From Lama glama (lineage: Eukaryota): DNA of 64,000 bases. Below the pieces are notes generated by a model. The model did no database searches. It was not told the origin of the DNA and was given only the letters and a program-made list of their open reading frames with translations. The position numbers were made by a program, and so were the translations under genes. The stretch's first letter is position 1. The number at the start of each line of letters is the position of its first letter. The DNA lies in the NCBI GenBank assembly GCA_028534125.1, contig CM052832.1, positions 9,674,001-9,738,000 of the forward strand, written 5' to 3'. Positions 38,781 through 51,249 of this stretch are shown here, piece by piece.

Positions 38781-41700
38781 CCTTGGTTTAATGCTTGATT
38801 TGTCCACTATAAAATATGTATTTAGCCACAACATCACTACATAATAGCTCTTCATCTGTTCGGGAGAAAACAATCAGAAAAATCCAAATTGAAGCACACT
38901 GTGTATAAACAATTGCCTTTCAAAAATACCAGGGTTAGCAAAAACTTTTTTTTTTAAAGGGTCAGGAACTGTTCTAGAGTAAAGGAGGTTAAAGAGGTAA
39001 CAATGAGAACATGATCTTGATTGGATCTTGGGCTGAGAAAGAAAAAAAGCTATGAAAGGATATTACTGGAACAGCTGGGGAACTTTGTATATAGATTGTG
39101 GTATTGTATGAGCGTAAAGTTTCTAATTGGGATTGTTGTTGCATTCTTAGGAGACACAGGCTGAAATATGTAGGGATACGGAGTCATGATGTCTGTAAGT
39201 AGGTCTCAAATAGTTCAACAAAACACACATAGGAATTTAGGTGAAGGGTGTGTTCGTGTTCACTGTTCTACTCCTGCAGCTTTCCTGAAGGTTTGAAATA
39301 TTTCAAAGTAAAAAGCTGGGGGGAAATAATAGTCATAGAAGTTTCTCCATTTCTCGGAAAACTAGGCAATCCGGTAACAGCATATCGGACCACTTTTAGT
39401 ATACTGGATTGTTTCAATGACCAGAACTCTCTCTTCTCCATCCTTTTTGAAGCAAAGAATTTGCCACAGCTTCACCACCACGGTAGTAATCCCTGGCAGT
39501 TTTTATTTTCCTTGTGCCTCCACATCCACTGTGTTACATTTATTATCATAAATAGTCCACACACATAAAGAAGCTTGTGCCTTTAAGTGCCGCAATCACA
39601 ACGAACTTTTTGAAAAATAGCTCACCATATGCCTGCTACTGTCCTGTGTGTTTTAGACTAGTGGGAGCATTTCATCCTCACAGTCACTCTTCGGGGAGGT
39701 ATTACTATCACCCCCACTTTCAGAAAAGGAAGCTAAGACACAGAGAGGTGGTATAGTTTGCCCAAAGTCACACAGCCAGGGAGGGCGGAGCGGCAGAAAG
39801 GCATGGCCCCTGGCCCTTCAGGATTCACCACCTCCACCAACTAAGTTTGCTAGAGCTGCCTTTCCAGGAGGGCTTCTGCTGCCCAAAATTTTGCTTTTCT
39901 CTGACGGGTTCCAGGTGTATGTTTATAGGAGAAAGTGTATTCCTTTGGGGAGGGAGTAACAGTAATAATAACAACAAACTTACTGTCTTTGAATGCAGTG
40001 TGCCAAGCATGGGCAAGATGCTCTCTGCTCATTCAGTCCTCAGAACTCCTCTGTGGGGTGAAGGTATTACCATCCTCATTGGACAAAACAGGAAACCGAG
40101 GGTCCAGTGGAGCCACGCTTTGGATGCAAGCAGCCTGACCCCTCAGCCTTTCCGCAGCCCCTTCCCAGGCTGCCTTGCCTCTACCAGTCAGCTGAATGAG
40201 TCTGAAGGTAACTGAGCCATAGAATGTAGCCCGTGGGGTGAGGGGTCTCGCCTCTCCTGTTCACCCCCTTAGTTCTCAGATGGGGACCTTTCAGGGATGA
40301 AGAGGAAGAGGAGTGGGAGAAGGAAGAGGAGGAGGAAGAAAGCATTGTATCCTTCCTCCCTGGGGCTTTTCATCTGACCGGTGACATTCCATTCCCACCC
40401 CTCCTCTAATTTGCCATTTCATTGAGCAACTTTTTCTAAGTGAATGCACCTGGGCAGAGACTCCTCCCCCATATTGGCTCTGGTCAGTGCTTTGTCTTTT
40501 TTTTTTTTTTCCTTTTCTTTTATGAAAATACAGGGAGAGCCCCTGTTCCTTTGAAGTGGAGGTGACTGAAGTTCTCAAGCAGATCAGCCAACCTTGCCGG
40601 AACTCTGCCCTGGCCCTGTGTTGAGCTCACCTGCCTCTTTAGAGGACAGGTGGCTTGTAGCTGATCTTGGCCTGGAGGTCCAGGATGACTCTGCTCTGGG
40701 CCTGGCAGTCCCAGCCCAAAGTGAGGCAGAGGTATCCCTCAAAACACCCTGCTCTCCAGGAGCCCCCTTCCCTGGGGTGCAGGCTCACCCCCTAGCTTCC
40801 AGGACTGAGCAGTCTCTGTGTGCCCCTTCCTCAGTAACTCAACAGGCACTCCTGGACCAGCACAAGAGGCAGCAGAATAAAGTAGTTAAGAGCATGGACT
40901 CTGCAGCCAGACTGCCTGGATTGAATCTGACCTACCACTTACTAGCTTCGTGACCATGGACACATTATTTAGCCACTCGGAGTCACGATTTCCTTTTTTG
41001 TAAAATGGGGGGAAATAATAGTATACTTCTCCTAAGGTTGATGTGAAAGTGAGATGATTTATTACCTATCAGGTACATACAGTGCCTGAAACACAGTGAC
41101 CCCTACACAAAAGGCTGATAATATTGTTGGTGATGGCAGCAGAGTGCTGGGTCCTGCAGGAGAGACAGGCATACAGGGCACAGTCCCTGTCCTTAAGGAG
41201 ACGCAGGACAGCATGAAAAAGGGTATCATTTCGGAGGAGCTAAATAGACCTTAAGTAAGTTATTTAATTCCCTTGTACTTCAATTTTCCCATATGAAAAT
41301 AATTCTCAGAGGGTGAGATGGTGGCTTGTAAACACCATGCCCAGTGCCTGGCACATAGTTGGATCTCAGTACTTGTGGACTGCCTTCCCCTTTCCAGGAA
41401 CTTATACTCCGGCTAGGGGGAGAGAGCAGGTCCACAACCAGCAGTGGGATCTGCAGGAGCCTGGAGGCTAGTGTTGGTTCCTATGGCTGGATTAGTCTAG
41501 GAAGGCTTACTGGAGGAGGTTGGATCTGAGCTGGACCTGGAAGGGTGAAAAAATAAACTGAGCAGAGAGGATAAATGGGCTGACAAGTGATGGTCGGGGG
41601 AATTGAGGAGATGGGGAGGGCAATGAGAGGCCCTGTCACATTTTTAGAGGTCTGCAGAGAAGAGTCTGTTACTCTTTCCTCTCTCCTGTATCATTGTCTA

Positions 41701-42009
41701 ACTGGGGTTTTCTCTGCTATCTAACTTAAATCCCTCTTGCTGTAATTGAAGGCCAGGTCTCTCTAGAAGTGGAAGACTGTGGTTACTTTAGACTAAATGA
41801 GCTTTTAGTGTCTTTCTTAAGCACCTTTGTGCCTGATATTGGGATAAAGATCAGGTAAGTTTCTTCAGACAAAAGTGGCAGGAATTCTGAGGGTCAGTTC
41901 CCAGTGAAAAGTCTTTGGCCATTAAATGAATGAAACAGGGCAGCATCTAATTTGCAAGAACTAGGCCCAGGGCTGCTTGTAACAGGGAAGTGAGTGAAAT
42001 AAAGAACAA

Positions 42010-44190
42010 ACTGTTAAATCAGTACCATGGGACATACTGGGTGATAATTTGGGAAAAATAAGCCTAGAGCCCCACTTAATATGATACACTAAATAAATTT
42101 AACGATTTACACATTTAAAAAACCCAAACCTTTATAGTATATACTCTTGAAAGTGCAGTTTTTTTTTCCAGATTTTTGAGGCCTCATCACAGAATGAAAT
42201 GCCCTGAGGCAGGGCCCAGAAATCTGCATTTTCAACAAGCTCCCTTGGTGATAAAAAAAAATCATCTATAAATATTTCCTACATTTTCTTCTAGTATTTC
42301 TATAATTTTAGAGTGAGGAAGACATGATTCTAAGACGGAAATCATTAAAGAAACGATTAGAGATAAGGCTACATAAAAATAAAAACCTTCTATTTGTTGG
42401 AAAAGAAATCCACCAGGTGCCAAAAATGAAAGGCAAACAATGAGCTAAAATTTTTTTTGCAAAATACATGACAAAAAATATGAAAAAGGTTCACATCCTT
42501 CAAATGTAAGAGCACTCATAATCAATAGGAGAAAACAAGCATCCCTAAGAAAGACTGGGCAAAGGGCGTGAATAGATAATTAATTTACGTAAGAAATGTA
42601 AGTATGGAATAATAATATGTCAAAATATTGTTACTAATAAGTCACTTTTCATCTCACCAGTTTTCTTTCCTTATTAAGAAAGTGTGGCATATATATACAC
42701 ACTGAAGTATTATTTAGCCATAAAAAAGAAGAAAATCTTGCCATTTGCAACAGCATGGATAAGCTTTGAGGGCATTATGCTGTGTGAAATAAGTCAGAGA
42801 AAGACAAGTATTGTATGATGTCACTTATATGTGGAATCTATAATATAAGAAAACCAAACTTATAAATGCATAGAGCAGGTTGTGGTTGTCAAAGGCAGAG
42901 GGTGCACAGTATGGGAAATGGTGAAGGCGGTCAAAAGGTACAAACTTAGTTATAAGGTAGATAAATTTGGGGGTGTGTGATATCCAGCATGGTTACCATA
43001 GTTAATGATACTGTGTTGTTTACTTGAAAGTGGCTAAGACTTAAAAGTTTTAAAAACGTCTTAAAAGTTTTTATCACAAGAAAGAAAACTAACTAGATGA
43101 AGTGATAAATATTAACTAAACTTATTTTGCAGCAAATACATATATCAAATCATTATGTTGTATACCTTAATATAATTGATATATATCAATTACATCCCAA
43201 TAAAACTGAAAAAAATTTCTGGTAATTTACTCTCTCATCAAAGATGCACAGTCTTCTGACCTGAATAGTCCTACTCAATAATTCTGAAAGTTAAGAAACA
43301 TCTTGCTTCAGGACAGGTCTAGTTTCTGGTTATGTACTTAACTTCAAAAGCCACTTTTTTTTAGTCCTCCTGCACCCTAAAAGCCTCTAAATACTTCAGC
43401 ATCTTTGCCTCTCCATACCTTCATATCTAATCTTTGTAATTTTAAATTCATTGTTCTCTTTAATGAAAGAGTGCAATGCAATGATTAATTAGCTAAAGAA
43501 ACTTGTTTGTATTTTTGAAGACAAGAGTAAAGGACTTACAAATCAGACAAGGTACACAGCACATATTCATGCTGACACAGAGCTCTTGAATTTAAAAATT
43601 TATACACATTACTAATAAAGCACTTTTCATCTCGCTAGTTGGTAGCTTTTGTTTTTTAAAATAGGTATCTAATGTTTGTTCATTAGATTGGTTCAGCCTT
43701 TCAGCAGGGAAATTTGGTAATAAGAACTGTATCAAAAGCCTTAGAATGTTTCACAACCTCAGATTGAGAAATTCCACTTCTAGAAATTAATTCACTTCTA
43801 GAAATAATCATGAGTGTGCACAAAGATACTACCACAAAAATATTTTACAGTATTGTTTCTAATAGGGAAGAACTAGAAACAACCTCAATTTCCAACAATA
43901 CAGATTTAGTAAAATACATTATGGTACATGTACTCAGTGGTATACTATGTAGCCATTAAAAATAATGTAGAATATTTAATGACATGGAAAAAGTGTTAAC
44001 ATTATACTTTTTAGTGAAAAAGCTTACAAAATAGTTTGCACCAATCTCATTTAAAAATGTTTATTCATAGAATAATTTTAGAAAAATAAACACATTTTAA
44101 AGGTATATCTGCATGCTGAAATTGCAAGTAATTATTTCCTTTTGTATGGCTTATCTGTATTTTCTCAGTTTTTTACAATGCAGATGAGTA
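42010..44190 (+). mobile_element. Old L1 fragments with a younger L1 3' end (about 42680-43215) nested inside
   Basis: A-rich. The inner element has gccatttgcaacagcatggat...ggcattatgctgtgtgaaataagtcagagaaagacaag and ends caataaaactgaaaaaaa. Confidence 0.75.
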
Positions 44191-45552
44191 TTTCCATGAT
44201 ACGAAAATAACAAAAAAATTACTAAATAAAAAAGTACAATTAATTGAGAAAATGCTTAGTATAGAACTTGCCTCTTCAATAGGATATCTTTTTTTTTTTT
44301 TTTTAGTAACTGACTTCATGTCTCCTCTCCTTGGAAGACCCCCAGGAGAGGCAGGGATCCCCCATGGCCTCTTGCCATTTGGAGCATTACTGGAGGCCTG
44401 TGTTTGCCTCCTGGTCATGTGGAATCCAGCTTTGGGAAAACTGCAAACTCCCAAAGTTTGAGCGGTAGAAGAAATGGAAATCGGAAGATTTTATAGAGTC
44501 TGAGCAAGAAATTCCTCCAGAAAGGATCTAGTTTCTCTGCCCATGTTTTCCTCAAACAGAAACTAAGGCCGACTTCAGGGTTTGTCCAAGGCCACACAGC
44601 CAACTTAATGACAAGATGAGGCCTTGAATCCATGGCCTTTCTGCCCTGTTGTATTTCTGAAATGTGCTGATTTTGACTAGTTCTTCTCACTTTAATATGC
44701 ACAAGAATCACCGGGGATCTTGTTGAGATGCAGATTTTCTTCCAGCTGGTCCGGGATGGGCTTGAAAGTCTGCATTTCTATCCAGCTCTCAGGAGATGCG
44801 AACGTTGCTGGTCTGGGGATCAGTTAAAGTAGCAATGGTGTAGAGCAAAGATTCTGGAGCGGACTGCCAGCTTCCCAATCCTAGCTCTGCCGCAAACTAG
44901 GTATTGTTACTGTGCTTCAGTTTCCTCAACTGCAAAATCGGCGTAAGACCTCATAGCCTTTTCGTGAAGATTTAATAAGTGCTTAGAACAGTCCACTAAG
45001 AACTAGCTTTTTTTTTTTTTAAGAACTAGCTATTTTATTATTATTTATATTTCCTAGAGCAAGGAGAGGGTGAAGCAGAGTTTGACAAATGAATGAATAA
45101 CCTTTGGAGAAAAGTTCTTCCTGGGCGACTAGTCAGAGAAGCAAAATGGGAGGGCTCGAAGGTGGGGAACAGGCCCACCTCCAAAGAACTTCTCTCCACT
45201 GGGTGGTTAGAAGGACCCGGAGCGCCCGGAAGCCGGCCGGCCCGCGCCCCGCCGACCAATGCGGCCGCCCAGGGGGAGGGGGAGCGCCCGCCAGCCCTTT
45301 CCGTCCGGGCGCCGGAGGCCCCGCCCCTTGGAACGTCGCGACGTCCAAGCATTCCACGGTTGCTACTTGGTCGCGAGGGGCGGGGCGCCTGTCAGGGAAG
45401 CGGCGCGCTCGGCGGCGGGGGCGGGCTGAGGCTCGGCCGCGCAGTGCCAGCGCCAGCGCCAGCACCAGACCCGCGCCCCGCGCTCTCCGGCCCGCTGTCT
45501 GCGTTCTGGCTCGCGAGCCCGCACTCTCGCCCTCCCCGTGCGCTGCCCGAGT

Positions 45553-45750
45553 ATGGAGCTGCTGTGCTGCGAGGGCACCCGACACGCGCCCCGGGCCGGG
45601 CCGGACCCGCGGCTGCTGGGGGACCAGCGTGTCCTGCAGAGCTTGCTCCGCTTGGAGGAGCGCTACGTGCCCCGCGCCTCCTACTTCCAATGTGTGCAAA
45701 GGGAGATCAAGCCGCACATGCGGAAGATGCTGGCGTACTGGATGCTGGAG
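45553..45750 (+). CDS. CCND3: Cyclin D3, coding exon 1 (aa 1-66)
   Basis: ATG at 45553. [22 protein letters not shown]...[11 protein letters not shown], with the N-terminal LxCxE Rb-binding motif. 198 nt, donor GAG|gtaccg, inside a CpG island. Confidence 0.98.
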
Positions 45751-46622
45751 GTACCGACGGGACGGGTCTCCCCTCCCCCGCCACCTCTGTCCCCGGCTCC
45801 GGACATCCCGGGGCCGCCCTGTTGGGACATCCTGGTCCCAACAACGATCAGCAAGATGTTTCTGTGGCGCAGATCCCCGGGGCCTGGCCTTTCACTCAGG
45901 AACCCTAGCCGGCTGCCTCCGTGGTGTCCCTTTCTTTCACTTCAACAACCCAAACTCTGACTGCCAGTCGTTTGGCACCCTAACTAATCCTCTGTTCGGG
46001 TCGGGAAAGCGGGACAAGGGCCACCTTCTCCCCTCCGGCTTCTCTCAGCGTCTCCTGCCTCGCTCCCCGGCCCGGTCCTCTCTGGAGAGCGCGCCTGGAA
46101 AACCCTGGGCGCTGCCGCCCCCGCCGCAGAGCCGGTTTCTGTGTCTGTCGCGGGGTTCTGGCGGGGAAGGCGGTGGGGGTGGTGCGCGCTGTTCCGGCAG
46201 TCAGGGAAATGAAAAGTGCGGGAGGCAGCGGCTGGAGTCTCCTCCCTTCCCTTTGGGTGTGTGCACTGGGTGGCGGTAATGGGGGTAAGGTCCCAGTTCT
46301 CTGGCTACCGTGGGTGACTTTTGTGCTCCCCTCGCCCTGGGTATGGGGGAGGGCAGTCTCAGTTTGGAATCCTTAAGTAAGGGAGCCTCTGGCATACCCC
46401 CAGCCCCCTCGAGGGGGAAGGAGGCAACGCAGAGGAAGTGGAGGGGGGCCTCACCTTGGGGAAGGCGCATCCTGCGTATTAGTCGTTGTCACTGTAAGTA
46501 CACCTACCCCCCTCCCATTCTTGCTCCCAATTCCACTTCCTTTCAGCGCGCCCCCCTCCCCCTTTAGTGCTGCTGCGTTTCCTATGCCCCTGCCCCAGAA
46601 GTGACTGTGCGCCCTCCCCCAG

Positions 46623-46838
46623 GTGTGTGAGGAGCAGCGCTGTGAGGAGGAAGTCTTCCCCCTGGCCATGAACTACCTGGATCGCTACCTGTCCTGCGTC
46701 CCCACCCGAAAGGCGCAGTTGCAGCTCCTGGGTGCGGTCTGCATGCTGCTGGCCTCCAAGCTGCGCGAGACCACGCCCCTGACCATCGAAAAACTGTGCA
46801 TCTACACCGACCACTCTGTCTCTCCCCGCCAGCTGCGG
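46623..46838 (+). CDS. CCND3: Cyclin D3, coding exon 2 (cyclin box)
   Basis: Acceptor ccccag|[27 protein letters not shown]...SPRQLR, 216 nt, donor CGG|gtgcgt, phase 0-0. Confidence 0.98.
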
Positions 46839-49780
46839 GTGCGTGCATACCTCTCCCCACCCCCAACACACACAGCCTCCTCACCTACCAGGAAAAGGAA
46901 AGCTAAGACCTCAAGGGCCTTTCTCCTCCTGGGGAGGGTAGCAGAGACCTTTTTTTTGGGGGGGGGGGCGACAAAATATGGGACAGTGTGGTGTGATGGT
47001 CAGGGTAGCCCCCGCCCAGGCTTGGGCTGCCAGCATGAACTAACTCCCCTTCTCCTGACCTCCAGGGGGTGCCACTCCTTCCTGGTCTTTCCCCCAGATA
47101 GCAACAAGTCAAACTGCATGTCTGCTCTCACTAGCACTTTGCCTCTGGGTTTACACAGCCACCATGAGTTATTTATTGGCAGCAGCAGGACATGCCTGCG
47201 CACCCCCACTGGAGTGGGGGAGTGGAATGTGCTTCATGTGGGGGAGGGGGCTGCCTTGGTTGAGTCTTTATCCCAGTGTGGACTTTGTGATCGGAAAGCC
47301 TCCCAGAACAGATTAAAGGCAGGCCCTGGTTGCTCTAAGGAAGGGCCAAGGAGTTTCATCCCACCTTCTTTGCTTCCTTTTATATCCCAGAGGAGACAGC
47401 TCCTTCCTAACCCTCTGTTCCCTAGCCTCACTCTGAGGAACTTGAGCAGCTGCTTCAGGCGGGCCTGGTGGAATCATCTCTCCTTTCCCCTTTAGTCAAA
47501 GGCCAGGGCTGAGGGACAGACAGGGGACTGAGCTACAGCTGCTTCCGATGTGATAATGATGTCCTCTCCCCCAGCCCACCCACTCTGACCAAGGTCTTTC
47601 ATAACCCTGTGGGGAGCTGCTGTCACTCCTGTGGTTTGGGAAGTGGCTCCCTGGGCCTCTTGCTGGGAACTTGGGCTGGGCGCTTCCCCAGGGCAGGGCA
47701 GGGGAGTCACCGGCTCTCTTCCCCAACTGAACCTGGAGAGGAGGTGGGGGAGCTGCCTGGATCTGGAAGAGGTTATTTAGGGCATGCAGATCCTCTCCCT
47801 GGGGGGCGGGGGGGGAGGCCCCAGGGAGAAGGGTGAGCTGGCACCTTCCTCCACCTTGCTCTATAGCAGCCAAGTCTTCTCCTGACCCGGAGAGGAGTCT
47901 CTGGGCCCCATCTCCCGGGGAGGAGGGCAGCGTGTAGGCTACTGTGATTGGCTGGCCGGGAAGCCAGGGTATTGGGGCCCCCGAGTGCTGCTTGTCGAGG
48001 AACAGGATTCCTCTTCCTGCCAAGTAGCTCTCAGAGATGGGAGTAGGAGGCCGGAGTTGGGAATCTGGGAGGCCCCACAGCTCTTTGTGATGAATCTGGT
48101 AGTTTTTGGCAAGTCTGAATGTGGAGCTGGTTTCCAGGGCTAGTGAGCAAGATGTTTTTGGAGGGGTTTGGGCTAGAGGGTAGAAGGGGACTTCCTTTCG
48201 GTGAGAAGATTGGGATGGTGTGTGTGCCTTTATGTGAGGGGAATTTTTCAGAACAGGCAAAAAGTCCTCGTCCCGGACTCCCTGGGTCTGAGCTGGGGGT
48301 GGAGCTCCTAGACTTCCTAGAAGGTCAGAGCTGGACAGGACTTCAGAGAGCTCCAGTCAGTCCAAATCCTTGAGCCACAGAGAAGGTTGGGGCTCAGAGA
48401 AGGAGAGGGTCCTGCCTCCGCATTGCACTGAGGCTGATGAGGAGAGCTTGGGTGTTCTAGCTAGCTCAGGTGGCCTCTTAGGTTAGGGATGTGAGGGAAG
48501 CTGCTAAAGGTGTGTTCTCCGCTGAGATTCTCAAGAGTTGGCTGGATACAGAGTAAGGTGGCTGCCATCCCTCATGTAGCACCCTTCCTCCCCACAGGGA
48601 GAGCCCCACTGCAAACTGCCTTCCAGGTGTTTCCTTAGAGGCTAGGTGCTTTCTGCTCACTTCGGAGTTAGGAGTTACACCACTGGGACAAGCACTGGGA
48701 ATAGAACACTAGCTTCTCTGCCCAACTTCTGGCTGCAGACCAGGGTGTTTCCTGTGGGGCTCTGTGAGAGATTTAAGAGGATGACACCTAGGCGGGGGCC
48801 TGGAGCAGGACAGCTGGGACTGGGGGCCTAAAAGAGGTTGGGTCGGGTTGCCATTTTGACCTCAGTAAGGGGTCAAACCCATGAGTTCCTTCCTGAGATA
48901 AAACAATGAAGAAATCCTCATGTGTGCAACCCAGAAATGGGGCCCCGGCTGGGAAACCCAGTCCAGTGGATTGGGGTGGGGCTCCCAGCCTCCCTCCAGG
49001 ATCTAGCAGTGGTAGAGAGGCTAGGGCAGGTGGTGAGATGGTTTGGTCCATCAGGGATCATTTGGACCCATCCAGTCTTGCTTGGCTTACACTTCTCTTC
49101 CTGAGACTGAAATGGTGCTGGGCATTCTGAGTTCCAGCCAGATAGGTGGAGTAGGGTGCTCCATCTCAGGACCCACCCCTGATGTCCCACCAAGGGGATG
49201 TGGGTTGGGTTGGGCAACCTCCACTTTGAGGAACCTCAGGGTTGGCTCAGTGGCTGTGTCACAGGAGGTGTGGCCTCATGCTCTCCCCAATTTCTTCAAA
49301 AGGTGTGGACTTGGCTAGGATGCTGAGTTAGGGGAGAGGCTGGTGGTGATCCCCCTCTCACAAATCCTTGGGCTTATGGAGTCTTTCTGCTTAACACTAG
49401 AGGAGCCTCAAGTGCATGGTGATGCTGGTGGTATCTGCTGCTGCAGTCTTGTCTTTCAGCCCTGGCTGGAGAGGTGCTCAGAGGACATCAGGGGGTGGCC
49501 TGGATTATTGGCCTCCAAAAGATAAACCAGCAGGATTAAGAGAGGAATCCACATGAAGCATGTGGTTTTGGTACATAGAAAATAATCAGTAGATGCTCAA
49601 AGCAAGTGCCCCCACTTCTTCCTTGCCCTGGACTCCCCATTCCACAGTGCCAGTCCCTCAACTCAAGCAGTATTCCAGTCCTGATCTTCAAGTACGATGG
49701 GCTTCCTTCACCGTGAGACTTCGTTTTACTCTCTCCCCTTCCCTTTAGCCACTGACCCCACCCTCTTCCTCAACCTCCAG

Positions 49781-49940
49781 GACTGGGAGGTGCTGGTCCT
49801 GGGGAAGCTCAAGTGGGACCTGGCCGCGGTGATTGCCCATGACTTCCTGGCCCTGATTCTGCACCGGCTCTCTCTGCCCCGTGATCGACAGGCCTTGGTC
49901 AAAAAGCACGCCCAGACTTTTCTGGCCCTCTGTGCTACAG
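49781..49940 (+). CDS. CCND3: Cyclin D3, coding exon 3
   Basis: Acceptor ctccag|GAC. DWEVLVLGKLKWDLAAVIAHDF...FLALCAT, 160 nt, donor CAG|gtaaga. Confidence 0.98.
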
Positions 49941-50496
49941 GTAAGAATCCTACACACATTTTTGCCAAGCTGGGGAAACCAGACTTGGAAGGGTGAGGGG
50001 TAACTAGGAGACTGTGGTTTATACTCTTCTCAAATTTTATTTGTAAAAATTATACTGTCAGCCCCTAGCCTCAATACAGAAAAGCAGCAGAACATAGAGT
50101 TGTATGGGATCTCAGAGACACCCCACACCCCGGTATGCTGGTGTGGACACCAAGTACTTAGAGAGGAACTAGCCCAGGGTCTCACAGTGACTAAGTTGGG
50201 AGCAGACTCTGTTCTCTTAACCCTAATTTTGTGTCCACACTGGGGTGAGACTCACTCCCTGGTCACTGGCCAAGATCACTTATGGACAGGCCACTCTGAC
50301 CCCGACCCTGTCTAGGAGAGCCCTCCTTTCCTGCCTCTTGCCCCTGCTGCTGTCTTGCACCACTCACTGTCGGCAATTTCCAGTACACCGCTGCTCTGTT
50401 CATACTCCTGGGCACTTTCTGGGGAATAGAAGGTACACGCTGGTTGTTATCCTTGAAATCTTCCTTACCTCATGGTTCCCTCTTCATCTTTCCAAG

Positions 50497-50633
50497 ATTA
50501 CACCTTTGCCATGTACCCGCCATCCATGATCGCTACGGGCAGCATTGGGGCTGCAGTGCAAGGCCTGGGTGCCTGCTCCACATCTGGGGACGAGCTCACG
50601 GAGCTGCTGGCAGGGATCACGGGCACTGAAGTG
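50497..50633 (+). CDS. CCND3: Cyclin D3, coding exon 4
   Basis: Acceptor ttccaag|AT. (D)[22 protein letters not shown]...GITGTEV, 137 nt, donor GTG|gtgagt, phase 1-0. Confidence 0.97.
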
Positions 50634-51081
50634 GTGAGTGCTGGGCAGTGGCCTCGGTTCACAAGGCAAAGCTATTCCCTGAGCCTCCAGCAGAGGGAGC
50701 GATCCATCCCTAATCTGGTCCCCACTCCTGATTTCAAGTTCCCCGCCCTTAGGGCTTCTGTGGCCTTTTATCTCCTGCCTTGGTCTGGAGAAGAGCATCT
50801 TGGGTGGGCTGAAGGTCACCGTCCCTGGGTACCCTTTTCTTACCAAATGGTGTGCAGGAGTGGGGGTGGTAGGGCATTCGGTGTCAGATGCCTGGCTGCT
50901 CTCACACCCTCTTGCCACATCCTCTTGCCAGTTTCTGAGAATTGAAGGCTGATTCCTGGGGTTGGACTGTGGCCTAACCTCCCCAGACTTCCCTGTGTGC
51001 TGGGAGGCGTCCTCCTGTACCTGTTGCCAGATGCTATGGGGGGAAGGAAGTGCACCTTCCTCACTGTTCCCCCGTTCCTAG

Positions 51082-51249
51082 GACTGCCTGCGGGCCTGTC
51101 AGGAGCAGATTGAAGCTGCCCTCAGGGAGAGCCTCAGGGAAGCCGCCCAGACCTCCCCCAGCCCAGCGCCCAAAGCCCCCAGGGGCTCCAGCAGCCAGGG
51201 GCCCAGCCAGACCAGTACTCCCACAGATGTCACAGCCATCCACCTGTAG
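51082..51249 (+). CDS. CCND3: Cyclin D3, coding exon 5 (C-terminal PEST region and T283 phosphodegron)
   Basis: Acceptor ttcctag|GAC. DCLRACQEQIEAALRESL...QTSTPTDVTAIHL then TAG, translated by hand because this frame is not in the ORF track. Total CDS 879 nt = 292 aa. T283 codon at 51217-51219. Confidence 0.98.
   Translation, partial: DCLRACQEQIEAALRESLREAAQTSPSPAPKAPRGSSSQGPSQTSTPTDVTAIHL

Larger units (their letters stand above)
45200..46850. promoter_or_regulatory. CCND3: CCND3 CpG island and TATA-less proximal promoter
   Basis: Very high GC and CpG content. CCAAT at 45256-45260, GC boxes at 45320-45327, 45377-45385 and 45417-45425. Covers exons 1-2. Confidence 0.9.

Noticed and set aside
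45538..45552. N-terminal extension MRCPS on cyclin D3
   Set aside because: ORF-caller GTG start. The conserved protein begins MELLCCE at 45553.
45093..46279. Long ORFs of 391, 271 and 194 aa over the CCND3 promoter and exon 1
   Set aside because: Low-complexity R/P/A/G translations typical of stop-poor CpG islands, out of frame with or antisense to the real exon.
47496..48260. 254-aa antisense ORF in CCND3 intron 2
   Set aside because: No recognisable domain; GC-rich intron where long open frames arise by chance.
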